DNA of 64,000 nucleotides, taken from the NCBI GenBank assembly GCA_001179505.1, contig CDMY01000365.1:1-64000 (forward strand), read 5' to 3'. Below the pieces are notes generated by a model that did not search any database, had not been told where the DNA came from, and saw only the letters and a program-made list of their open reading frames with translations. Shown one piece after another: positions 47,322 through 59,905 of this stretch. Position 1 is the stretch's first letter; every line of letters begins with the position of its first letter. A program made the position numbers and the translations under genes. The stretch comes from Vitrella brassicaformis CCMP3155 (Eukaryota; Protista; Chromerida).

Positions 47322-50300
47322 ATGAGCGACAAGTGGACGGAGAAGGAGCGGCTGGCCTTCAGCCAATGGCTGCATCGCACCTACCTCCCCACCGTCGTGG
47401 TCATCGCAACGGAGCAGGCGCAGCGGACGATGCGGGCCAACAACGACCTTTCCCTGGCGGACCTCTTCCAGCCCTTCGGCCAGTCGGATGCCCGTGCGCC
47501 CGACGTGCAGTACCGAGTGCTGGAGCGGCCCATGCGGACAGAGGCCTTCCGGGTCAAATTTGTCGATGTGGAGGATGCAGTGCAGCCGAGGGCAGAGTGT
47601 GCCTTCCACGGCCTCAAGGAACTCGTCGAACCCACGTGGCCGCAGACATTCGGGGAGGTGAGTAGGTCATCTAGATGACTTGACAGACAGACAGACTGAC
47701 ACCCACTGCACTGCCACACAGGCACACCACAGACACATGAGATGGATGGTATCTATGTGATGTGTGTATATGATGCCATCGATGTGTTGTGTTCGTTCAG
47801 AACGACTCTTGCCCGCCGTGTCCGTGGTTTGAGCGTTGGTCAGAGAACCTCTTCCGCACCCTCCACTGGTCCGACCACGAGTGTCTCGACCAGCCCGTCG
47901 GGGCGGTGCTGGTTGTCTCCTCCCAAGACCCCGACCCCGTCAGCCTCTTCGAGCAGCTCATGCACCCCTCCTATATGCCCGAGGCCTGCAGGGCCAACCT
48001 TCTCGACCCATCACCCTCACGCACCTATGTCCTGCTCCACGACGCGACTGCCGCGTCGGCCACGAGCGAGGGGGAGGTGGAGCGGGAGGTCCATCGCATG
48101 CGGCACACCTTCCCGCCGGCCTCCTGCCATTTGCTGCGGGTCAATCGCAACCCCGCCCCCCACCAGCCGTCACAGGACATACAAGAGGTCTTCCGGCCCT
48201 ACATCATGCCACGCTTCAAGACACCACCGCCGCAGACGCGCCAGGGCCAGCCGCCCCCTCCCCCACCTCCCAAGGGCCCCGCCGCGGCCCTCGGCCGGTC
48301 GCTGAGCCGCGAGGACCTGGAGGCCACCCTCGCCCTTGTGACGGACATCATCACACGAGGCGTGGTGCCGTGGATGGAGCGCAAAGTGCGGCAGCTCGAC
48401 ACCCAGATCGGCACGGCGCGCAAGGGGCTGCGGAACCAGCTCAAGTATCTGTGGCGCAAGCCGCGAACGGGCCAGCAGGCGCAGGGCAACGAAGGGGTGG
48501 GCGAGATCATATCGGCCGTGGGGAGCGCTGTGGCGGGGGCGGTGGGTGGGGTGGATGGCGTCAGGGAGGAGGGAGGGCCGGAGCGGACAGGAAATGCCAC
48601 GTATGAGGTAGGTGGGTTGGCACAACGGTAGACAGACAGACGGATGCACGCCAGCCCAGCCAATGCCACTGAGCAGACCAAGCAGGCCAAGAATCTGTGT
48701 GTGTGCACTCACTGCAGACACATACTGTGGAGAATCAGCTGCGGCTGTTGGGTGACCTGTGCTTCCTGTTGCGCGACTATGAGACGGCCCTGCTGCAGTA
48801 CAAACAGTGCGCCGCTGACTTCAAGCACGACAAGAGCTGGAAGCACCTCGGTAGGGTAGGTTAGGTGGCCGGGCGGCCCCGCCCGGCCAGGCGACACACA
48901 TGGAAGAGTCGTCGAGAATCGTTCTTGTGTGTGCAGGTGGTGCGTATGAGATGTGGGCTATTGCCAATTTCCTCACTGCGGCCCCGACGGCGCTCAACAA
49001 GCGGGAGATCGAGTCGTGCCTCGAGCACGCTTATAAGGCTTACCTCAGGGTAGGTCACCATACACACACACACAGACACCCACACCCACACCCCAGGAGA
49101 CACAAGGGAGTGAGTGAGTCTGCAGTGTAAGTGCGTTTGGATCGACAGGCCGAGGCACCTCGTCAGGCCATTCGGAGTGTGTTGGTGGCGACACGCCTGG
49201 CCGTGTACCTCGATGGAGGCACCGAAGAGCCATCCAAGAGGCTCATGCAGGCAAGCTAAGCTAGCTAGACAACACACATGACAAGGGTGACAAGGGTGAC
49301 AAGGGTGGCTCATCTCCATGCCATGTCGGTTGCTCCCTCCCTCCCATCGATTCATCGGGTCCATTCCACTGCAGGCCAACTCGGACATCCAGTCGATCTT
49401 TGGCGAGACAGCCGCCTCCATCCCCCTGCGGCACGCTTTGCTGCTGGAGCAGGCGGCCTACCTGTACGCCAGGCCGGAGCTGGGCTCACGCTACTGGCGG
49501 AAGCTGACATTCCACCTCATACTCGCCGGACACACCTATAACAAAGGGGGTAAGGAAGGCGGGCACAGGGAGAGATGGCCGGCCGCCCAGGTCTTGACCG
49601 CTGTGTGTGTGTGTGTCTGTGTCTGTGTCTGTGTGGGTAGGTTACAAGGCCCTGGCGCTGCGTTGTTACAGCGTTGTGAGCCGCACTTATTCGCGGAAGG
49701 GGTGGCTGCACATCAACGACCACGTGCACTTCACAATGGCCAGACAGGTCGGCACACACATAACACAACACACGGCACACCAGACGTGTCGACATCGATC
49801 GCTTTACTGCCGCATCTCTCTCTCTCTCTCTCTCTGATTCTTACATACAGTCGTTCTCTTTGGGTCTCATCCGCCGATCCCTGCAGCACTTCGCCACCGT
49901 CCTCAATTCCTTCTCGGCCACTCACGAAGCAGCCACCCCCGCCCCGCCAGCACTCGCCCTCCCGGACACCCGCAGGCTGCTGCCGGTGCTCGAGGACGGT
50001 CCCCCTCTCGCAGAGGGCATATCGCAGCGCCGTGTGGTGATCGAGTCGCGTGAGGAGACGTATCTGAAGGAGTTTCTGTATGTGGTTCGGACCTGGACGC
50101 TGAAGCATCACGGTGGGGGCCACAAGGGGAGGGGGGCCGAGGGGAGTGGGGTGGTGATGCCCATGCTGGATGTGAGGCTGCCTGTCGTACTCCAGAAGGA
50201 CTCCAGGGGCATGTGCACCAACAGGTACGGCACGCACTCAGACAGGCAGGCAGGCAGGCATCACGCAGCCGACCCCGCCCACCCAGCACAGCACACACGC

Positions 50301-53300
50301 CCATGCCATGTGCTGTGCTATGCTATGCCTCACCTCACACAGCATCGGTGTTGTCCTTGAGGGAGACGAGCTGAGTCATCAGGACCATCTGGCCTCCCTG
50401 GCACCCCACACCCACACCCACACCCATCAGCAGCAGCCCTCCCCCTCCCCCTCCCCCCTCCCCCAGCCCACAGACGAGGCGACTCCCTTCGCCTTCATCG
50501 CAGAGGAGGTGGGCGTGCCCGTCTCGCCTGACGACCAAAAGGAGCTCGCCTGCCTGGAGGCAAGGCTGCCGATGCTCATGCCCCCTCCGCCCAAAGGCGG
50601 GCCGCCCGGCCCCCCGGGGCTCAACGAGGTGCTCAGCGGGACCGTGTATGAGACGCTGCAGCGGATCACTGCCGTGGGTGCGCCAGTGGTGGTGGAGGCG
50701 CGGCTGAGCAACCCCTTGCAAGTGGAGATGGAGTGCATCAACTTGCGGCTGTTTGGCCGCATGGAGGGGCCTGACGGGCAGCTCTCGCCGGGCGAGGGCG
50801 AGTCCGTGTCCGTGTCGGCCACGTCGGCCTCATCGACCACCGACGGCGTCCGCCGGCTCGACGGCGAGTCTGGCGATGGTATGGCTAGCCGTGAGGGTGA
50901 GGTGGACTTCCCCACGATGAGTTTGCGGCTGGAGGGCAAACAGACAGTGAGTGTGCGGCTGGCGGCCATACCGCAGAACGAGGGCGTCTTGAGGATAGAG
51001 GGCGTGGAGTGGGAGCTGTGGAGCCACCGTGCAGAGAGGGAAGAGGCGCCTGGGGGGCGGTTCCCCGTCCGCGTGAGGCAGAAGCTCCATCTTCATGGGC
51101 GGCCCAAGAGCAAGAAACGGTCAGCCTCCGCCCCGCCCCTGCCGTCCCCTCCCTCCTCTGCGTCCATCGACGAGTCGGGCGAGCCCCTTGTGACGATCGC
51201 GAAGTACCACCCTGACAAGAGACTGGAGCTGAGGGTGTCGGCCGACCTGCCGCGCGTGTCTTGCCATTTTGAGGGCTTCCCCACCTCTCCCCTGCTGGCA
51301 GGCGAGTGCCACCCTTGCACCCTCATCATCGAGAACAGGGGGGCGCGGAAGCTCAGCAAGGTCCGTGTGGCGGCGTCGCATCGTGACTTCATCTTCTTCC
51401 CCCCTCCCCCGGTGCCCCGCACCCCTCCCGCCTCCTCGCCATCGTCTGTCCGCCAGCCCCCCCGACCCGAGTCAGTCCCACAGCTGCTCAACATCCCCCC
51501 TCCACGCCCATCTGTCCGGCTCTCGCGGTCGATGGCCTCCCAGGCGTCAGGCAGCCGGCGATCGAGTCTGCCGCCCGTCACAGAGGGGTGGGCGTCCCAT
51601 GTGGCCGTCAGCGATGAGTCCATCAGCAGTGGGGGCACCTTCGCCATTCCCTGTCTGGTGCGTGGCTCGGCTGCCGGCGTCCACCGTCTCCGGATATGTG
51701 TGTGCGCCGAGGGGGAGCAGCTGCAGCAGGCTGTTGTGGCTGGCGAGGGTGAGGGGGCGGAGGGGGAGGGAAAGGGCAGCGACCAGATGTCGGTGCTGAG
51801 CACTGAGGGGTCTGCCTTGCCATCCTCCCCCTCTCCCTCCCCGTCGGCAGAGGCCAGTCCCAGGCCGCAGGTTGGTGGGGCTGATGTGATGCGCAAATGG
51901 ATCGTTCTCGAGAAGGTGCTCGAGGTCAGGCCGTCCATCGTCGTCAGCGTCCAACAAGTAAGTAACACACATCACATGCCATGCATCCCACACGCAGGGC
52001 ATACACAGCACAGCACCACTTTTTCCCTGCTCTGTGTGTGTGTGTTCAGCACGCGTCTTGGCGCAAGCCTGGCCGTTTTGTGCTCGAGTGCAACATCGAG
52101 AACGCCAGTTCCCACGTGATAGCGGTGCAGAAGGTGCAGGCCCTCATCCCCCAGCCAGGCCTGCCGCAGGGCGACGCAGCCACGGCCCCCCTCCCCGGCC
52201 ACGACACCCCCATCCCCTACCAGCCTGTCATCCTCGAGCCATGCATCCCCGTTGAGCAGAGGAGCCTCCACATCTTCCCCTCCCAGGCCACACACCTCCT
52301 TTACGCCTACCACCCCCCCACAGCAACACACACACATACCGATGCCCACCATCACCACGGCAAGGCGGCCAGGAGGTGGCAGGGCGAGACGGGCGAATCG
52401 TCATCATCCGATGAGGAAGCAGCGTCGGACAACGGGATGCGGATCGTCCCCTACTCGGCCCCCTCGTCGCCTGAGCACCGGCCGAGGGCGCCAGGGGACG
52501 ACTCACAGGTTGCCGTGCGGCAGGTGCGCCTGAAGGCCCCTCCCTATGACGCGTGGCAGGAGCAAATCGTCAAGGTGGCGCGGCGTGCGAATCTCGAGAG
52601 GAAGTGGGGCCGCGGCAGCAGGAGGCGGCAGAGGGGCGGCCGCAGCAGGTCTCCCGAGGGGATGCGGGTGGGGCCGGGAAGGAGGGCCAGGGGAAAGAGC
52701 CCTGGTCCCAATGGGGAGCCCTCTGTGCATGGGTGAGGGAGGGAGGGAGGCAGGAAGGAAGGGTACACTACACAGCAAAGGTGGACACAGGGTGGGTGGA
52801 AGTCGGCGTGTGTCTGTGGTGTGGTGTGGTGTGGTGTGTGAATGTGTGGTGCAGTGGTCAGCACATGGACATTATCGTCGAGTGGCGGGCGACCGAGACG
52901 GAGCGAAGAGGCGACACCTTCCTATTCCACGTGAACGCTCTCACTGACACACTGATTGATTGATTTGCCGCAAACAAACGTTTATCACTCATGCGCACCT
53001 CCTCCCTCCCTCCCTCCCTCCCTCTGGCCTGGCAATGTCGGTCGGTCGGTCGGTTGTGTGTGTGATGCATCGATATCTATGATCAGGTCCCTCTGTATGT
53101 GCCAGCTGAAGGCTGTCCTCTCAAGTTCCAGATCTGCCCCACCCAGACAGTGCTGCCCTTCTGCCCCTCCCCGCCACCTCCCCCGCCCACCACACCTTTC
53201 GCACCCCCTCAGTCGCCCGTCCCCGCCACCTTGTTGCCCGTCCATCTCTACATCCAGAACGTCTCCCCCGACCACTCAGTGACCTTCCAGCTCGAGGCCG

Positions 53301-53764
53301 ACGAGCCGGCAGCGGCGTACGTCACGCCTCTGCACATGAGCCCTCAGCTCAACATGCGGTGGACGAGCGAGATGCCCTTCTTCAGCCAGCCGCAGGCCCT
53401 CCTGCCCTCCTACATGCGGCAGCCGCCCGCCGGGCCCTTCTGGGAGGGCGGGGCGGTCACGCGGCGAGTGGACAATCTCCCTCCCGGGCACACCGTCGAC
53501 TACGGCCTGGTGGCCCGCTTCTCGCGGCCTGGCGTGTACAACCTCAACAAGTTTCGCTTTGTGGTCCACGAGGTGCGTTCGGTGGCCGCTGCTGCTGTGG
53601 CTGTGGCTGCGGGTGGGGGCGATGTGGCTATGACGGGCGGTGAGGGCAAGGCGTTTGCCTTTCCGTTTGAGTCGCTGGTGTGGGTGTACAGTGAGAGTGA
53701 GAGGGAGGCGGGGGAGGAGGCCGCCATGCGGACACAGGAACCGCCACCAGAGCGGACCTCGTGA
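47322..53764 (+). CDS. TRAPPC8: TRAPP III subunit TRAPPC8 / Trs85, multi-exon
   Basis: DLSLADLFQPFG, SDHECLDQPVGAVLVVSSQDPDP, VVPWMERKVRQL..ARKGLRNQL, RLLGDLCFLLRDYETAL..DFKHDKSWKHLG, RHALLLEQAA, RKLTFHLILAGHTYNK, LSNPLQV and LAAIPQNEGVLRIEGV. Confidence 0.9.
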
Positions 53765-54518
53765 ATGAGCGAATGAACACTCATTAGCGCCGTGATGCCA
53801 GTGAGTGAGTGACAGAGACAGACACGAGAGAAATTTGTGGGTATCTATCCGAGAGTCTGTCTGTGGTTGGTTCCTCACGAGAGGTGTCTGACGGCCTGAG
53901 TTGAGGTGGCAATTGTGAGATTGGGCATGGATGGCCATATCCTGTGTGCGCTGTGTGTGGTCCGGGTGCTCCATTCGGCCTGATCTGACCAGATGGCCGT
54001 GCATAGCATAGCGTGAGATGAGATGAAATGAATGACTGCATCACATCAACCATACGCGTGTATGATCTTGATCCATCAGGGTTGACCGTAGCATAGCCCC
54101 TGTCTGTCTCTGTCCATGAGGCCACCATCATCACCAGGGTCACAGGCAGGATGACTCGGCACACACCTATGAAGCTGACCATGATGCTGCCAAAATGGAC
54201 ACAGCGGCATGGCATGAGCGGCCAACAGCGTCGGTAGACTGAGTCGCTTGTCCGACCAAACCCCCCTCACATGCACCCGCCCCCCGTCACATTGAGGCAG
54301 TCTGGAAGCACTCTGCATCTAGCTGCATGCATACCATCCCGCAACCACGCAACGCATACACACAGACCTCTCAACACGTAGGTCAAGAATCCAACACACA
54401 GCACCCAGCACAGAGAACAGAAAAACAGGCAGGCGATGGCGCCTGACTAGCTAGTCGAATCGCCCAGTTTGGTAGGAGCATCGCTCTCGCACTCCCTCCC
54501 TCCCTGCCGGCAGTCTCT

Positions 54519-55851
54519 CTACCATCTCCTCAGCAGATTGGTGAGCGCCTTGGCGCCGTCCAGGACATTGCCCCTCTTCATCTCGCCGTCATCCGTCTCC
54601 TCACCTGACACACACACACACTCTTTCTGCAGCTGGTGAGTGAGGAGGTCTGCACGGGTCACTCACCATTGATGAGCACGTAGAAGGCTCGCCAGCTGGA
54701 GAGCACCACTGCGGTCGCCACGAGAGAGATGACCACAAACACACCGGGGGGCTGCTCGCCTGATAGCCAGACGGACAGACAGACAGACAGACAGAGTACT
54801 AGCGACAGTCAGCGGCCACGTACACTTGACTTACCTCTGTATACGGCTCTCAGTGCGAGCCCCATGGATGCCGACACTGCCCACGCTGGAATCAACACCT
54901 GAGGGCAGGGATGGCATGCGCCAGTGTCGGCTGCGTCTTCGTTCACCTCACTCACCTGTGCCATCTTCTTGTAGTTTGCTGTGGCGTCATGTGTGTAGGC
55001 GCCCAGCAGAGGTGATATGCCGAACCAAGCTGAAAGGAGCATAGCATGGGAACCACCCACCCTCGTGTGTGTGGGTGTCTGTCTGTCTGTCTGTCTGTCG
55101 GAATGTGCTGGTGGTCTGGCTCACCGATGAGGAAGGGTGCCGCCGTTTGCCAGACCCCTGGAGAGAGAATCGTCTCCTGCTGAGCGCCGTGGTTGGCCCT
55201 ACCAGCCAAAGCAAACGCCAACAGCGCCACGGCATCACCTACACACACCACACCACACCACACCGCAGTACTGACTCAGCCAACCAGATTCCCCCCGCTG
55301 GCTTCGCTTCGCTTGGCTTGGCTCACCCGATGCGAGAAGCCATCTATCGGGGATGTCCATCCAGTTGCTTTTGCCCACCCGCCGCACCTCGAGGCCAGCC
55401 TGGCCCGTCCACTGCGTCCGCTCAATGTCACGCTCGTCAACCACATCCCAGCCCGCCTCACGGGCATACTTATCGGCTTCGCGCTGGATCTGCTGCACTC
55501 GCTCCTTGGCAGGCAGGCTGCTCAGAGGGGATGATGAACTGTCACTGCTGTGCTGCTGCTCTGTGGTCATGGGCGCAGGCGACGGGGGAGCTGCCGGTGG
55601 GCTTGGTTCTTCCGGGCTAGTCGGGGCGTTCATTCGTAAGACGGTGGGGTGCAGAAGCGATGGACGATGACTCTGCAGCAGAGAGGGAGCAACCAAAGGT
55701 GAATGCAGGCAGGCACACCACGGTTCGGATCTGGCTGGCTCACGCGTGACAGTCTGATGGGATGTAGAGTCTGCGTGAAGGCAAGAGAGGGCCGCTCTCC
55801 GCTTGCAGCAACTGCATTGGCAGACATCAGCGTTGCGATCAAGGATATCAT
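54519..55851 (-). CDS. DUF3054-family membrane protein, probably plastid-targeted, multi-exon
   Basis: GDAVALLAFALAGRANH..VWQTAAPFLI..WFGISPLLGAY, PAWAVSASMGLALR, FVVISLVATAVVLSSWR and the plant-like C-terminus KRGNVLDGAKALTNLLRRW* (TAG 54519-54521). The leader MISLIATLMSANAVAA..SLAF is followed by an S/R/H-rich segment. Confidence 0.82.
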
Positions 55852-56015
55852 TCTGCCCCTTTCCTGTCAGAGAGCGGTTTCACGGAGTGTCAGCATTCTT
55901 GAGCTCGCATGAAGACAAGACGCCGCCTTTCCCTTCTCTCGCAGTGTGTTTGGTGCTGAAGGCTGCTGACATACACAGAAGTCGCGCGCGAGAACAGCTG
56001 TCTGTCGTTCCATAG

Positions 56016-56638
56016 ATGCCGAAGGTGAGCAACCGAACCGTCAGCCACACACACACACACACACACGGAGGATGCGCAGGTCACTGTCTGTCTGTCTGTG
56101 TGTCTTGGCACTTAATTACAGGTCCGCACTTTGAATAGCAAGAAGGCTCCCGAGGGGTGGGAGTTGGTGGAGCCGTTCTTCGAGGAGATTAACCGCAAGA
56201 TGCGCGAGGCCGAGAACGAGCCGCACGAGGGCAAGCGGAAGGCCGAGTCCCTCTGGCCCATCATGAAGCTGCACCACCAGCGGTCGCGGTACCTCTACGA
56301 CCTCTACTACAAGCGGAAGGAGATCAGCAGGGATCTCTACGAGTACTGCCTCATCGAGGGGTACGGCGACGCCAACCTTATCGCCAAGTGGAAGAAGCCG
56401 GGCTACGAGAAGCTCTGCTGCCTCAGGTGCATCCAGACCACCGGACAGAACTTTGGGACGACCTGCATCTGCAGAGTGCCCAGGAGCGCACTCGAAGAGG
56501 GCAAGGTAAGGGAGCTCAGCTCACGGAGGAGAGCGTGTGGGGTGGGATAACGCCTGACGTCGTGTGATGTCCTGTGTGTTGTGTCAGGTTGTGGAATGCC
56601 AGCACTGCGGCTGCCGCGGGTGCGCGAGTGGAGACTAG
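56016..56638 (+). CDS. BUD31: BUD31 / G10 spliceosomal protein, 3 exons (56016-56024, 56122-56505, 56588-56638)
   Basis: MPK|[65 protein letters not shown]|[16 protein letters not shown]. Confidence 0.98.
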
Positions 56639-57365
56639 GTGGTAGGTACCCGGGTGGTCTAGTGTGCCGTGCCGTCTTCCTCTCCTCTCCGCTCCGCTCC
56701 TGGCTGGTGTAGATGACCCCCTCTCTCTGTCGTGTCCTTTCCTTCCCTTTTGCGCGTGGTGCCCTCTCTCCTCCGGCCCGGCCTTCCCCTAATGATATGG
56801 ACATATCATATTGTGCAGCTCTGTCCATCGACTGCCTGACTGTCTTTAACTGCATATATATGTTGATTGATGCTGGTGGTGACCTTATTATTTTTGCCGC
56901 CTGACGTGACGGACGTGGTTGGCTGGCTGTTCGAGTCTGTCAGCGGTCGGTTCGTCGACTTCCATCAGCCCGTTGGCGGGAGCGATTGTGACATCGCTTG
57001 CACCAGTGGTCGCTGGCAGGTCGGATGAACTGGCTCATGATCAGACGCGGGCAACTGAGAAAGGTCGATCGGGTGGAAGGGCCGACCCACGTGCATCATG
57101 TGGTATGTACGTTGCCGAACAGACGGTGAATGCGGTGAGTGCACTGACTGCATGTCAGTCACGTTTCTTCCGTATCATGATGATCCACACACACTGACAA
57201 TTCTATAGAGACTTTCCGTATGCTACGTGTCTGTCTCCCTAACGTCAGTCACGTCATCACACGCGTGGCCACCGGTGACCCAGCCCTCACGCCACAATTC
57301 ATGCAGTGCAGTCAATGGAAACTCATCTCTGAAAACACCTGTCCGTCCGTCCCCCCGCCCGTCCG

Positions 57366-59905
57366 TCAGCCACTCTCTCCTCCCTCCCTCTCCTCTCTCT
57401 GAAACCGCCGTATCGTCTCACCAATCCCTTCCAGAAGACCGGCACCACCAGAGAGCGGCGGAGGTGTCGGCGGCTTCCAATCCGTGTGGTCCAGGAAGTT
57501 GGCACGCAGCAACGTGTTGGGAGCCAACAGGATCGGCACCAGGAAATTCCGCAACGCGCAGATGGGTTCGAGGGCGATCTGCAGCGCCACCCCGTAAACC
57601 CAGGCCTTCATCGACAGGAAGGCAATCCGCCCCAGCCGGTTCCTCTCAAAGCGCCGCAGCGCGCGGTCGATGTCGGCCTCGTCGTCGATCCTCGGCTCGA
57701 AAGGCTGCGGCTGTCGGGGTGGGGGGAAGTCGATGGGGCCGATGTTCATGCCGATGGAGGCTATGCGACCCGCCGAGGGCGACGAGGGGGAGGATGTCTG
57801 AGTGGCCGGCGGGCGTCGACCCAGAATGGGCGTGAGCACTGAGCAAAGCTCCACTGCATCCTCGATAGCCGCAGCACCACCCTAAGACACATACATAGAC
57901 AACAGAGAGAGATGCGCAAGGACAGACAGACGTGTGTGGTTGGGGGAGGGAGGCTCCGTGCGTGTGTGAGTGAGTGAGTGAGCGAGTGAGTGAGTGAGCC
58001 GGCCTACCTGTCCCAGGTTGGGTGTCATGGGATGTGCACTGTCTCCAATGAGAGTGACTCTCCCCTTGCCCCATGGCCTGAAAGACGGAAACCGGTGGCG
58101 GATGTCAGACAGGACGATGTCCTCCGCCGGGGTGGCCTGCACCAACTGGATGATGGGATGGACAAACCATCCACACACAGACGCCAGCCAGAGAAGATGA
58201 TGCCAGCCGCCTGGTGGGTGTGTTGGTATGTACCTACCTGGTAGACTTGGTGTCCCCATCCCTCGACCAGTCTGGCGGCATATGCCTTGCGCCCCGTGGC
58301 GTTGACGGAAATGGCCGGCACGTCGCCCGCCAGAGCATTGAAACACACAAACCAGTACACACGGTCCTCACTTATCTGCGCCGAACCGAACCGAACCCCC
58401 TCACCGAACACCTGGGTTTGGTTTGACACACATGCGGGGGGGTGGGTCACCGGGGTGGTGTCTTGTCTCGCCTCACTCACTCACTCAGTCACTCTCTCTC
58501 ACCTGTCCGACGACTCCTTCCTTGAGCAGCACTGATTTGCCGCGTCCGAGTGATGGCTCCCACGGCATGCCGCCCATCGACAGGGGAAAAGTCGGCCGAA
58601 GCCGAGCCACCCCACGAAACGCCTTGTACCCAGCATACCTGCACACAAGTGCCAACGAAGGTATGAGGACACATTGGTGGCGATCACACACGTGAGAACC
58701 GTGTCGTCTCCCACCTCGGTGGCGGCTCTCTGGGTGCGATGGAGGCCCTGACGGATGATCTGATGCCGTCGGCTCCCACCACAACCCGCGCCCTTATCTG
58801 CCGTCCGTCCTTGAGAGTGACCAGCACGGGTCGTGAGCCGGTGCCCTCGAGGACCTCCTCCACCTCAGCCGAGTAGAAGATGCGGTCACGCGGCACACCC
58901 GACAGCAGCTCACGCAGCAGCTGCCCTCGCAACACCTGAACAACAAAACGATTCATTTCAAAGACACACCTGAGCTGTGTGTGAGATGGATGGATGTATG
59001 GATGTACCTGTCTGAACTCATGCGGCCCGTTTGCGCACTCATCGACGTTAAAGTCGACGAGCACGCCGCCCTCCTTCGAGGCCAGGCAGACCTCCTTGTT
59101 GAGCACATAGCCCGCCCGCATGGCGTTGTCCACCCGCAGGTAAGACAGGGCGCGCCACGCCTGCGTCCACAGACCTATCGCCGTACCACTGCCTCAGACA
59201 GACAGACAGACAGACAGATGGGAAGACATGACATGCAACGACGGTTCTTTCCTTCACCCCACCCAGGTACCCTTCCCTCAGTCGCGGAGAGGCTTCGACG
59301 AGACAGCAGTCGACCCCCGCTTGCGTCAGGCCCCTCATCAATGCAGCGCCGCTCAACCTGACCACACACACACACACCACACGCACACAGCGCGTCACGA
59401 CGAAGTCATGTCAGTCAGTCTGTCTGATCTCACTCACCCGCTGCCCACAACGAGCACGTCCACAGACGAAGGGAGCGACGCGACCAGCGGGTTTGGGGGC
59501 GGGGGCAGCTCGTCCGGCACAATCGACGCAATCCTCTCACCCACCCCCTTGGCCCGCGCCCGCGCCCCACCGAGGATCCTCTTTAGCCGCTCCCTGTTGT
59601 CCTTCACGCCCTGCTGGAAGCTCTTGCCGATGGCCGACAGCCGCTCGCGAAGACCGGTGGGCAGCCGAGCGGCGGGCAAGACGATGGGCGGGGGAGACGC
59701 GTAGCTCGGCGGCCAGGCCTGCAGGAAGGTCACACAACCACAACCACAACCACACACACACACACACGAAGGAATTAGTGATCAAGGTAATAGGTACTTG
59801 CACACAGAACAGGTGTGGTATGTGTGCGCGCGTGTGGTGGGTGGTGTGTGGTGGGTGGTGGTGTGGGGTATGTGTGTGGGAGCATTCAGGGGGGCAGGGC
59901 CGCAT
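57366..59905 (-). CDS. FAD-dependent monooxygenase (PHBH/salicylate hydroxylase/zeaxanthin epoxidase fold, plant MO-like); start uncertain
   Basis: Three flavin fingerprints lie across exons: VDVLVVGSG|LSGAA (GxGxxG), VVVGADGIRSSVR (DG) and GRVTLIGDSAHPMTPNLGQ|GGAAAIED (GD). Confidence 0.92.

Noticed and set aside
49279-49307. Three tandem copies of TGACAAGGG
   Set aside because: This is a short intronic slippage repeat with no further signal.
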